Source of the DNA: Fervidobacterium sp.
Lineage (GTDB): Bacteria; Thermotogota; Thermotogae; Thermotogales; Fervidobacteriaceae
NCBI GenBank assembly: GCA_049970055.1
Contig: JBMFNR010000003.1
Coordinates: forward strand, 121,388 to 185,387
DNA: 64,000 bases
Direction: 5' to 3'
Each line of letters starts with the position of its first letter. Positions within the stretch are counted from its first letter, which is position 1. Below, one piece after another: positions 18,899-26,689 of this stretch. The notes under the pieces are model-generated. The model was not told where the DNA came from, made no database searches, and was given only the letters and a program-made list of their open reading frames with translations. Position numbers and translations under genes: made by a program.

Positions 18899-20019
18899 TC
18901 TCTTTCTACCTCCACAATGAAACTGTCGTCGGGATTCCAGTACAAAAATACTTTATCTTTCCATTGAATAATTTTTTCATCTAAAAGGTAACTCACATGT
19001 TGCTTATAAACTCTTAATATGTAACCATTATCAGTCTTAACAAAGTATTTTGTTTGATACCCCATGTATATGGTTTCATCAACGATACCATGTACTACGT
19101 TAGCTGGTAGCGTTTCTGATAGTTGAGGTTTGGTATGCGTGATCCTTATTTTCTCGGGCCTAAGGGTTACAAGCACATCATCATTTTCCCTAACAGGCTT
19201 ATCTTTGTAGCAAACAATTTCACCGAGTGATGGAAATTCTATTAGGACATAATTTTCTGAAAGTTCTTTTTTAACAGTGCCTTTCATAAGGTTACTTTCA
19301 CCGATAAACGTAGCAACGAATGAGTTTGCAGGGCTCTCATAAACTTCATATGGTGTCCCATATTGAACGATTACACCATTGTTCATAACTGCAACATGGT
19401 CTGAAACACTGATAGCTTCTGACTGGTCATGAGTCACGTAAATGAAGGTTATCCCAACCTTATCGTGAAGATTGTCAAGTTCAATCAAGAGCTCCTGTCT
19501 TAATTTAGCATCTAACGCACTTACTGGTTCGTCAAGTAGGAGCACTTTTGGCCCGTTTGCAAGGGCTCGGGCAAGTGATACTCTTTGCTTTTGTCCACCG
19601 GACAGTTGTGAAGGTTTCTTTCGTGCATGTTCTTCGAGTCTAACCAAATTCAATAACCATTCCACTTTTTCTTTTATTTCGTGCTCGCTCAATTTTTTAA
19701 GTCTCAGCGGAAAAGCAATATTTTCATATACCGTAAGGTGTGGGAAAAGCGCATAATTTTGGAATATGGTATTCACTGGTCTCAAATTTGGTGGAAGCAT
19801 GAGAATACTTTTACCGTCGAGAAGTACATCTCCATCATCGACCTCTTCAAGACCTGCGATTATCCGCAAAAGTGTAGTTTTACCACATCCAGATGGGCCA
19901 AGAAGTGAAAAAAATTCGTTCTCTTTGATTTCCAAATTAACATTTTTTAATACGTGGAAATCATCATAATACTTGTCAACATTTACTATGCTTACACTAC
20001 TTCCAGGCAATTCTTTCAC
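18895..20019 (-). CDS. potA: Spermidine/putrescine-type ABC transporter ATPase PotA
   Basis: 374 aa with Walker A GPSGCGKTT, signature LSGGQKQR and Walker B LLLDEP, plus a C-terminal TOBE-like regulatory domain. Confidence 0.9.
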   Translation of the reverse strand: MKELPGSSVSIVNVDKYYDDFHVLKNVNLEIKENEFFSLLGPSGCGKTTLLRIIAGLEEVDDGDVLLDGKSILMLPPNLRPVNTIFQNYALFPHLTVYENIAFPLRLKKLSEHEIKEKVEWLLNLVRLEEHARKKPSQLSGGQKQRVSLARALANGPKVLLLDEPVSALDAKLRQELLIELDNLHDKVGITFIYVTHDQSEAISVSDHVAVMNNGVIVQYGTPYEVYESPANSFVATFIGESNLMKGTVKKELSENYVLIEFPSLGEIVCYKDKPVRENDDVLVTLRPEKIRITHTKPQLSETLPANVVHGIVDETIYMGYQTKYFVKTDNGYILRVYKQHVSYLLDEKIIQWKDKVFLYWNPDDSFIVEVERD

Positions 20020-20061
20020 TCCCTAGTATTTTTTTGCACACGCAATGTTCTTAAAACGCTC

Positions 20062-20277
20062 TTACAATCCAAACATGTAAAGTAAAGCCAGAAAGAATAC
20101 TACAATCAAAGTCATAGAAATAGTCAGAAAAACATAAGAAAGTGAAAATGAAGCAAATATGTGGAATACCAAAGTGAAAGTGAAAAATATATTTGCATAT
20201 CTCATCTTCAAAGGTAATATTTTCACACCAATGTAAACTAAAAAAAGAAATCCAATAGTTATGAGCAAAATCTTCAA
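20062..20277 (-). CDS. Small hydrophobic membrane protein (hypothetical)
   Basis: The track ORF is 20062..20286. The TTG at 20277 lies 6 nt after GGGGGTG. It has two to three predicted TM helices and no motif. Confidence 0.4.
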   Translation of the reverse strand: MKILLITIGFLFLVYIGVKILPLKMRYANIFFTFTLVFHIFASFSLSYVFLTISMTLIVVFFLALLYMFGL

Positions 20278-20308
20278 ATGAAACACCCCCGGTAATTTGT
20301 AAAATTTT

Positions 20309-20917
20309 TTATAAATGGAACGTATAATTCAGAAATTTCACTCGGATCCTCCCATTTGTTATTTCTAAACCAGATATAGAAGCATTATCTAACGAAAAGT
20401 TTAAGTGATTAGGTGGATAAAGATTCAATACCTTGATGATAAGCATTCTCAAAGTAATTGCGTGCGAAACGATTATAACATTTTTGCCTGCATTTTGAAC
20501 AAGTTTTTCCTGTAGAAATTCAAACACCCTATTTTGAACACTTCCAAGAGATTCTACACCCTGTATGTTTGAATACAATGTTGTTTGCCATATTTTAAAT
20601 TCTTCACTATATTTGTTTGTAATTTCATCAATTGTCTTACCATTCCATAGCACTACTTCACATTCTCTTAATCGAGGATCTAAGTAAATCTTCTCATCAT
20701 CGTAACCAAAAGTGGAAGCTATTAATTTAGCAGTTTGAAATGCTCTTTTCATAGGACTGGAATAGATTATATCTACCGAAATGTTTTGTGATTTGAAAAA
20801 CTTACCTATCTTTGTTGCTTGTTCGATACCTTTACTGGAGAGTTCAGTATCAACAACACCTTGCCAAAGCTGCATTTCGTTCCATGATGTCATACCATGC
20901 CTAACGAGATATATCAC
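20309..20917 (-). CDS. Histidine phosphatase family protein (phosphoglycerate mutase / CobC-like)
   Basis: 202 aa with an N-terminal LVRHGMTSWN (RHG catalytic motif) and a later SHAITLR (His). Confidence 0.8.
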   Translation of the reverse strand: MIYLVRHGMTSWNEMQLWQGVVDTELSSKGIEQATKIGKFFKSQNISVDIIYSSPMKRAFQTAKLIASTFGYDDEKIYLDPRLRECEVVLWNGKTIDEITNKYSEEFKIWQTTLYSNIQGVESLGSVQNRVFEFLQEKLVQNAGKNVIIVSHAITLRMLIIKVLNLYPPNHLNFSLDNASISGLEITNGRIRVKFLNYTFHL

Positions 20918-21839
20918 GATGTACTACCCCTTTACCAGCCAAAATATCGAAAAATTCCTCAAATTCTCTTGTAAGTTCATCAATACTTTTGATTCTCACT
21001 GCCTTTTCTCTGAATTCACGCGCACCTGGCAAGTTTTTTGTGTAACCAGCTACAAATTTTCTAAAAACCACAGCACCATAGTTTTTGTACTCATCGTAAA
21101 GATAGTTTAAGTGTCTTTTTATAACCTTCATTCTTTCTTCGTAACTTGGATTCTCCACATCGCTAAATATCCATGGGTTCCCTATGCTTCCCCTCGCTAT
21201 TATTGCTCCTTTTGCCCCACTTTCCTCAATGGCATTGTGCACATCGATTTTCGTGTATAAATCACCACTGATATATAAAGGGACAAGCTGTGGGTTATAT
21301 ATCTTCCATTTTGCCTTACCGGAATACATTTGTTTCGCAGTCCTACCATGTACAAAAATAGCGTCTACCCTTTCCTCTACTAGGATATTGTATATTTTCT
21401 CAAAGTCATCATTTTCCCATCCAAGGCGCGTCTTTACTGTAAAATGCTTCAGTACATTCCTCATTGCTCTAACAATTCGTCTAAATTTACTTAAATCTCT
21501 TAGTAACCCACTACCGGCACCTTTTTTTACAACTTTGTTAACTGGACACCCAGCATTCAAATCAACCCACAAACCTTTTTCCTGAACAATTGCGGCTGCT
21601 TCCGCCAGTTCCGCGGGGTCTGAGCCAAACAATTGGATACCTACTCTATTTCTCTCTTCTTCTTTTGGAAAATAGTGGTTATTAATTTCAATGTTCAAAA
21701 GAATACTTTTAGCACTTATCATCTCAGTGAAGGCAAATTGAGCTCCGCTTTCAAAACAAATCTTCCTAAACGAACAATCTGTAATACCAGCCATTGGTGC
21801 TAAACCAATCTTACCTGGAAAGAAGGTATTAGTATCCAT
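20901..21839 (-). CDS. dus: tRNA-dihydrouridine synthase
   Basis: LAPMAGITD, then LNAGCP with the catalytic Cys, then VHGRT. I prefer the ATG at 21839, preceded by GGAGGG plus 6 nt, over the track start at 21869. Confidence 0.85.
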   Translation of the reverse strand: MDTNTFFPGKIGLAPMAGITDCSFRKICFESGAQFAFTEMISAKSILLNIEINNHYFPKEEERNRVGIQLFGSDPAELAEAAAIVQEKGLWVDLNAGCPVNKVVKKGAGSGLLRDLSKFRRIVRAMRNVLKHFTVKTRLGWENDDFEKIYNILVEERVDAIFVHGRTAKQMYSGKAKWKIYNPQLVPLYISGDLYTKIDVHNAIEESGAKGAIIARGSIGNPWIFSDVENPSYEERMKVIKRHLNYLYDEYKNYGAVVFRKFVAGYTKNLPGAREFREKAVRIKSIDELTREFEEFFDILAGKGVVHRDISR

Positions 21840-21843
21840 TTTG

Positions 21844-22461
21844 TTACCCTCCAAACTTACTATAGACATTCACAACATCGTTGGTTATTGAATCATCAAC
21901 AAGACCAATTACATTTTTGCCCGTCTTAATTCTCTCTCGTATCTCAGATGATGAAACTTCAACAATGGGAAAGTTCGTTAATTCTAGTACATTTGAGTAA
22001 AGTCTTCCTAGTACCTTTCTTCCTCTTTCATACAGACTTCCGTCTTTTGTTCTCGGATAAATAGCGAACGTTGTTGTACTTAGCAACTGTTCATACATAT
22101 ACCATTTCTCAATGTTACCAAGTGCATCTTCGCCGACCAAGATTATCACATTACTGTAATAATTTCTTATGTATTCCACATTTTTTATCGCATAGTTAAT
22201 TCCCTTGATGTGTTTTTCGAGGTCCCAGATAAAAATAGGATTTTTTTGATAATCTCTAAATTTGTCGAAGCTTTTGACGACCCATTCAAAACGTTTTTCA
22301 AACGAGACATCTACACTTTTATGTGGTGGTGTTTTTGTTGGTAAAACATAAAAGTCCGCATTAAAGTAATCAAGAGCATATGAGAACACTACAATATGCC
22401 CAACATGTGGTGGGTTGAACGATCCTCCAAAGATCACGCAAGAACTATTCTTTGAATACAA
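21844..22461 (-). CDS. nadD: Nicotinate-nucleotide adenylyltransferase NadD
   Basis: GGSFNPPHVGH is the (H/T)xGH nucleotidyltransferase motif, with ISSSEIR near the C-terminus. The track ORF extends to 22503. The TTG at 22461 lies 6 nt after AAGGAG and gives a family-typical N-terminus. Confidence 0.85.
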   Translation of the reverse strand: MYSKNSSCVIFGGSFNPPHVGHIVVFSYALDYFNADFYVLPTKTPPHKSVDVSFEKRFEWVVKSFDKFRDYQKNPIFIWDLEKHIKGINYAIKNVEYIRNYYSNVIILVGEDALGNIEKWYMYEQLLSTTTFAIYPRTKDGSLYERGRKVLGRLYSNVLELTNFPIVEVSSSEIRERIKTGKNVIGLVDDSITNDVVNVYSKFGG

Positions 22462-23770
22462 ATTCAGCTCCTTCAACCCAAACAGTATCTCCATCTTTTG
22501 CACCAGCTTTCTTCAATTTATCATCTAACCCGTTTTTTTGGAGAATTTCAAGTATATCTTCAAGCATGAATTTTGCATCCATTTTATACTTATTCAAATA
22601 CTGGCTTATATATGTACTCTCCACCACAAAATCTCCTTTATCATTTCTTTTTATGCTGATATCTACTTTTGCAGGTAATGTTAACCTCACTGGTGCTGGT
22701 CTTTCAAACTGTATCTTTGAAATATCAATTGTTCCACCATACTTTTTTTTGCTTTCCTTTACAAGATTCCACATTGACAACTTTAACTCATCTAATCCCC
22801 AACCTGTTATTGCCGAAACAGGAAGTACATTTTTCCCAGTTTCTCTTAAAAATCTCTCCATCGTATTTTTTAGATTGTCTTCGTCTAACAAATCCATTTT
22901 GTTCCCAATGACTATTTCTTGCTTTACGGCTAGGTCTTTACTGAAGAATTCTAATTCTTTTCGTATATCGAGGTAATCTTGTATGGGATCTCTATTCTCA
23001 CTACCAGCAATATCTAAAACATGAACGATCACACTACATCTCTCTACATGTTTCAAAAACACATTACCAAGGCCCTTGCCTTCGCTTGCACCTTTAATCA
23101 ATCCTGGTATGTCAGCAACTACAAAAGATGTTTCTGGTGTTCCATCTATCGAAACAACACCTAAGTTTGGAATGAGCGTTGTAAAATGGTAATTTGCAAC
23201 TTTCGGCCTTGCATTACTTATTCGTGATATAATAGAGCTCTTTCCAACGTTAGGATAACCGACTAATCCAACGTCCGCAAGTAATTTTAACTCTAAAAGT
23301 AGATGTTTTTCTTCACCTTTTGCACCCTGCTCTGCAAATTTTGGTGCTTGATTTGTTGAGGATTTAAAGTGTGTATTCCCCCTTCCTCCCTTTCCACCTC
23401 GTGCCACGCAGCAATACTTTCCAGGTTCATCAAGATCGGCGATGATTTCTCCGGCCTCGTAATCCTTAACGATAGTTCCGACTGGAACTCTAATTACCAG
23501 ATCTTCTCCATCTTTGCCGTTTTGTTTCTTACTTCTACCATTTTGGGCATTTTGTGCAACGTAACGTTTTTTTTCCGTAAGGTGATACAAAGTGGAAAGA
23601 GTAGGATCGGCTATCAGAAAAACGTAACCACCATTTCCTCCATCGCCACCATCTGGTCCTCCAAATGGTATGTATTTCTCCCTTCTAAAAGTAACTGCAC
23701 CATTTCCACCATCACCGGCTTTAACGTAAATATCCACAACATCTATGAATTCAATCAGTTCCATAAGCAA
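22445..23770 (-). CDS. obg: GTPase Obg/CgtA
   Basis: 441 aa with the Gly-rich Obg fold (GDGGNG, GGDGGNGG, GGKGGRGN), the G domain GYPNVGKSS and DIPGLI, and a C-terminal OCT/TGS-like domain. Confidence 0.95.
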   Translation of the reverse strand: MLMELIEFIDVVDIYVKAGDGGNGAVTFRREKYIPFGGPDGGDGGNGGYVFLIADPTLSTLYHLTEKKRYVAQNAQNGRSKKQNGKDGEDLVIRVPVGTIVKDYEAGEIIADLDEPGKYCCVARGGKGGRGNTHFKSSTNQAPKFAEQGAKGEEKHLLLELKLLADVGLVGYPNVGKSSIISRISNARPKVANYHFTTLIPNLGVVSIDGTPETSFVVADIPGLIKGASEGKGLGNVFLKHVERCSVIVHVLDIAGSENRDPIQDYLDIRKELEFFSKDLAVKQEIVIGNKMDLLDEDNLKNTMERFLRETGKNVLPVSAITGWGLDELKLSMWNLVKESKKKYGGTIDISKIQFERPAPVRLTLPAKVDISIKRNDKGDFVVESTYISQYLNKYKMDAKFMLEDILEILQKNGLDDKLKKAGAKDGDTVWVEGAEFVFKE

Positions 23771-23881
23771 ATCACCTCTTTATATTATTATACCAGAACC
23801 AAAAATATAGGGACCCACATTTTACAGGGTCCCACCAGCTTTTCTTACGCTTGAGTAACTTTATTCACTGGATAAGTTCAT

Positions 23882-23957
23882 TGGAGCCAGCGGAGGGACT
23901 CGAACCCTCAACCTGCGCATTACGAATGCGTCGCTCTACCGGTTGAGCTACGCTGGC
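23882..23957 (-). tRNA. tRNA-Thr (anticodon CGT)
   Basis: 76 nt, folded by hand. The acceptor is GCCAGCG/CGCTGGC, the T-arm is GAGGG-TTCGAGT-CCCTC, the anticodon loop is TTCGTAA, and CCA is encoded. Confidence 0.9.
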
Positions 23958-23980
23958 AACATGAAATACCGGCGATCAGA

Positions 23981-24009
23981 TGATAACTGAAGTTAACCGA
24001 ATATGTAAA
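23981..24009 (-). promoter_or_regulatory. Candidate promoter for tRNA-Thr: TTTACA-17-TTATCA
   Basis: On the minus strand the -35 is at 24009-24004 and the -10 at 23986-23981. It is followed by the motif ATCTGATCGC, which is shared with the tRNA-Met promoter. Confidence 0.45.
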
Positions 24010-24014
24010 AAAAC

Positions 24015-24090
24015 TGGTGGCGGCGAAGGGACTCGAACCCTTGACACGATGATTATGAATCATCTGCTCTAGCCACTGAGCTACGCCGCC
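24015..24090 (-). tRNA. tRNA-Met (anticodon CAT), elongator-type. Ile2 (lysidine) cannot be excluded.
   Basis: 76 nt. The acceptor is GGCGGCG/CGCCGCC, the anticodon arm is GATGA-TTCATAA-TCATC and the T-arm is AAGGG-TTCGAGT-CCCTT, with CCA encoded. It lacks both the 1:72 mismatch and the GGG/CCC anticodon stem of an initiator. Confidence 0.85.
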
Positions 24091-24108
24091 ACTTTTTACA
24101 GCGATCAG

Positions 24109-24137
24109 ATTTTATCATATGATTTTTTGCCTGTCAA
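24109..24137 (-). promoter_or_regulatory. Candidate promoter for tRNA-Met (and the downstream tRNA-Thr/obg): TTGACA-17-TAAAAT
   Basis: On the minus strand the consensus -35 TTGACA is at 24137-24132, followed by a 17-nt spacer and the -10 TAAAAT at 24114-24109, about 12 nt before the mature 5' end. Confidence 0.6.
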
Positions 24138-24256
24138 GGATAAAATTTTTATAAATTATATTGATTAGTTTCAAAAAGTTTGTGCTATAATTATTAGCTA
24201 TATCGATGTTTTTCAAACGTACAACTATGTTAAATGATTCCAAAGGAGGAGAAGGT

Positions 24257-26569
24257 ATGAGAGTTACTTTTTATTATGTCCGGTTTTTCCTGATTGTTTT
24301 ACTGGTATTGGTAACACCTGTGCTGGCTGAGGATCTTAACATATATTACGGTAATTTACATTCACACACATCTTACTCGGATGGCAAGGGGACACCTGAG
24401 GAAGCATATGAATACGCAAAAAAGTACGGCGATGTTCTTGCGGTTACTGACCACTGCTATTTTTTAAAGATACCTGTAAATGGGCAACAGAAAACGGTTC
24501 TTACGCAGCAAGCGGCAAGAAAAGCAACTGTACCGGGTAAGTTCGTTGGTTTGCAAGGTTTCGAGTGGACAGCAGGTTCTGGTCATATAAACGTTTATGA
24601 AACTGTCGATTTTATAAGTCGAGACGAAAAGGGTGGTTTAAAAGACTTTTACGAATGGATTGTAAAAATAAAAAAACTTGCTCAATTTAACCATCCTGGT
24701 ATGACATTTGGTAATTTTCAAGACTTTTTGTTCATGCCAGAAGCTGATAATTATGTGAATTTATTAGAGATTGGTAATGGGAATAGCACAAGCAACGATA
24801 CGATATCCGAAGAAATGTACGATAATTTCATCTTGGCACTTAATAGGGGTTGGCATGTCAGTCCAACAGCAAATCAGGATAACCACAAACAAAATTGGAT
24901 ATCTGCAAATGATTCTAGGACAGGTATCTTAGCAAAAGCTCTTACATATGACGACATAATGGAAGCTCTTTGGAAAAGAAGGACATTTGCGAGCGAAGAC
25001 AAAAATGTGAAACTCTACGTTTTTGGAAACAATGAAATAATGGGTAGCATACTATATGATGCAACACAACTGACACTAAGAATAAAATACGAAGATCCGA
25101 AAGACCCCGTTAAAAATGTTATTGTAGTTACGCAATCTGGTACAAAACAGATAAACAACGTTTCAGGAAAAGATACATTTGATGTGACAGAAACATTTGA
25201 CGTTTCTGATGGCTACGAATGGTACTTTGTTTACATCCTTCAAAATGATGGAGATGAAATCGTTTCTGCGCCTATATGGGTTGAGTCTTCGCAACCTATA
25301 AAGGTAAATTATTTGAGAATCGGTCCAGAAAACCCAAGCATTGGGCAAAAGGTTAACGTTACTTTTGATATCTACAATTCATCAAACAAACACGCTGAAG
25401 GAGAATTGCTCATTTATTTAAACGGTAAATTTTTAAGTTCTCAAATGGTCAAATTAAAACCTTATGAGATCATTTATAATTATTCACTAACACTTGAAAA
25501 TCTGGCAGCTGGAAATTATAGAATGGATTTTTACATCAATGGAACGAATGTGCAGTCAACAAACTTTAATGTGTCTGAGAAAAAAGGCTTGACTGTACTT
25601 ATCGACAAATTGCACGAAAATGATTTGGAAAAGCTAAATGGGCTTTTAGATAGCCTTGAAAAATCCGAGAATACGGTACTTTACTCCGATACTCTACTTG
25701 CCAATTATGATGACGTTGATGTAATCTTAATTCCAACACCAAATGTCAATGGTATGAGTTTCTTTAAAGATCTTTTACCAGACGAAATTGTATGGCTAAA
25801 CACATTCAAAGGTAAGATATATTTAATAGAAGGCAGCGATAAGGAATACTTTGAGAATTACAAGTCGCTTTTGAAAAATGCTTTTGTTGTACAAGCTGAC
25901 GAACTATACGGTTTATTGAAAATACCGAAGATTGTACAGAAAAAGCAATTGGAGAAAGTGGTCTATATAGATCAAGGTCACTCAAACGATTACAATAAAG
26001 ATAAATTAACTTCACTTGAAAGATACCTTAAAAGTATCGGTTACGATGTGTCATATGTTGACTCTATTGGACAGTTGAGTGGTACTTATTTAGTGTTAAT
26101 GAATGGTAGAGGATATAGTGAAAACGAGTTAAAAAATATCGCCGAGTTTGTCAAAAATGGTGGTACTTTGATCATTACCTCAAAGAGTGATTATCAAAAT
26201 GGTGGGAATACTGAGGATTTAAACGCAATATTAGATTTCTTAAATTCACCAATTAGATTTAATGATGATCAAGTTGTAGACGAAGTTCATAATTATGGTT
26301 CAAATTTCAAAGTAATTGCTAATGGTGTGCGTTTTTACTCATCGTGTTCACTGCTTGTTTATGGTAATGCAGAAATACTTATCTACTCAGATACAGCAAA
26401 AAGTATAGATACAGATGGTAAAGATGATGCGCAAGCAACGGACAAAGTTGTTCTTGCTGCATCTTTTGATTACGGTTATGGAAAAGTGATTGCGCTTGGA
26501 AAAGCAATATTCTCAGATTACGATTTCAAGAGTAACGAAGAATTCGTAAAAAAGTATCTTTTTAAGTAA
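24257..26569 (+). CDS. Secreted multidomain PHP-family metallophosphoesterase-like protein (PHP domain, CARDB/Ig-like module, C-terminal alpha/beta module)
   Basis: The ATG at 24257 follows AAAGGAGGAGAAGGT; the track ORF starts at 24206. The signal peptide is MRVTFYYVRFFLIVLLVLVTPVLA. PHP motifs include NLHSHTSYSDG and VTDH, plus a later FNHPG segment. A CARDB-like segment covers roughly aa 360-450. Confidence 0.8.
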   Translation: MRVTFYYVRFFLIVLLVLVTPVLAEDLNIYYGNLHSHTSYSDGKGTPEEAYEYAKKYGDVLAVTDHCYFLKIPVNGQQKTVLTQQAARKATVPGKFVGLQGFEWTAGSGHINVYETVDFISRDEKGGLKDFYEWIVKIKKLAQFNHPGMTFGNFQDFLFMPEADNYVNLLEIGNGNSTSNDTISEEMYDNFILALNRGWHVSPTANQDNHKQNWISANDSRTGILAKALTYDDIMEALWKRRTFASEDKNVKLYVFGNNEIMGSILYDATQLTLRIKYEDPKDPVKNVIVVTQSGTKQINNVSGKDTFDVTETFDVSDGYEWYFVYILQNDGDEIVSAPIWVESSQPIKVNYLRIGPENPSIGQKVNVTFDIYNSSNKHAEGELLIYLNGKFLSSQMVKLKPYEIIYNYSLTLENLAAGNYRMDFYINGTNVQSTNFNVSEKKGLTVLIDKLHENDLEKLNGLLDSLEKSENTVLYSDTLLANYDDVDVILIPTPNVNGMSFFKDLLPDEIVWLNTFKGKIYLIEGSDKEYFENYKSLLKNAFVVQADELYGLLKIPKIVQKKQLEKVVYIDQGHSNDYNKDKLTSLERYLKSIGYDVSYVDSIGQLSGTYLVLMNGRGYSENELKNIAEFVKNGGTLIITSKSDYQNGGNTEDLNAILDFLNSPIRFNDDQVVDEVHNYGSNFKVIANGVRFYSSCSLLVYGNAEILIYSDTAKSIDTDGKDDAQATDKVVLAASFDYGYGKVIALGKAIFSDYDFKSNEEFVKKYLFK

Positions 26570-26617
26570 TAGCGGTCATTGAATATATATATTTTTTATA
26601 CATATGCATTGTCATAT

Positions 26618-26647
26618 GCGGGGCAATTGTCCCCGCTTTATTTTTTC
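26618..26647 (+). terminator. Intrinsic terminator after the PHP gene
   Basis: GCGGGG-caattgt-CCCCGC followed by TTTATTTTTT. Confidence 0.8.
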
Positions 26648-26689
26648 ATTAAATATGGTATAATTAAATTGTAATTTGGAGGTGATTAT

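Noticed and set aside
22452-22976. 174-aa plus-strand ORF inside obg. Similar long antisense ORFs occur at 30228..30665, 39870..40439, 40632..41066, 49459..49938 and 50467..51100.
   Set aside because: All are antisense to, or out of frame with, strongly supported genes (obg, radA/degV, the permease, valS), and none has a recognisable motif or RBS.
26601-26620. Direct heptad repeat CATATGC-N5-CATATGC upstream of clpC as a possible CtsR-like operator
   Set aside because: The sequence is unrelated to the CtsR heptad (GGTCAAA). It also lies upstream of the terminator of the preceding gene rather than within the clpC promoter (extended -10 at 26656-26664).
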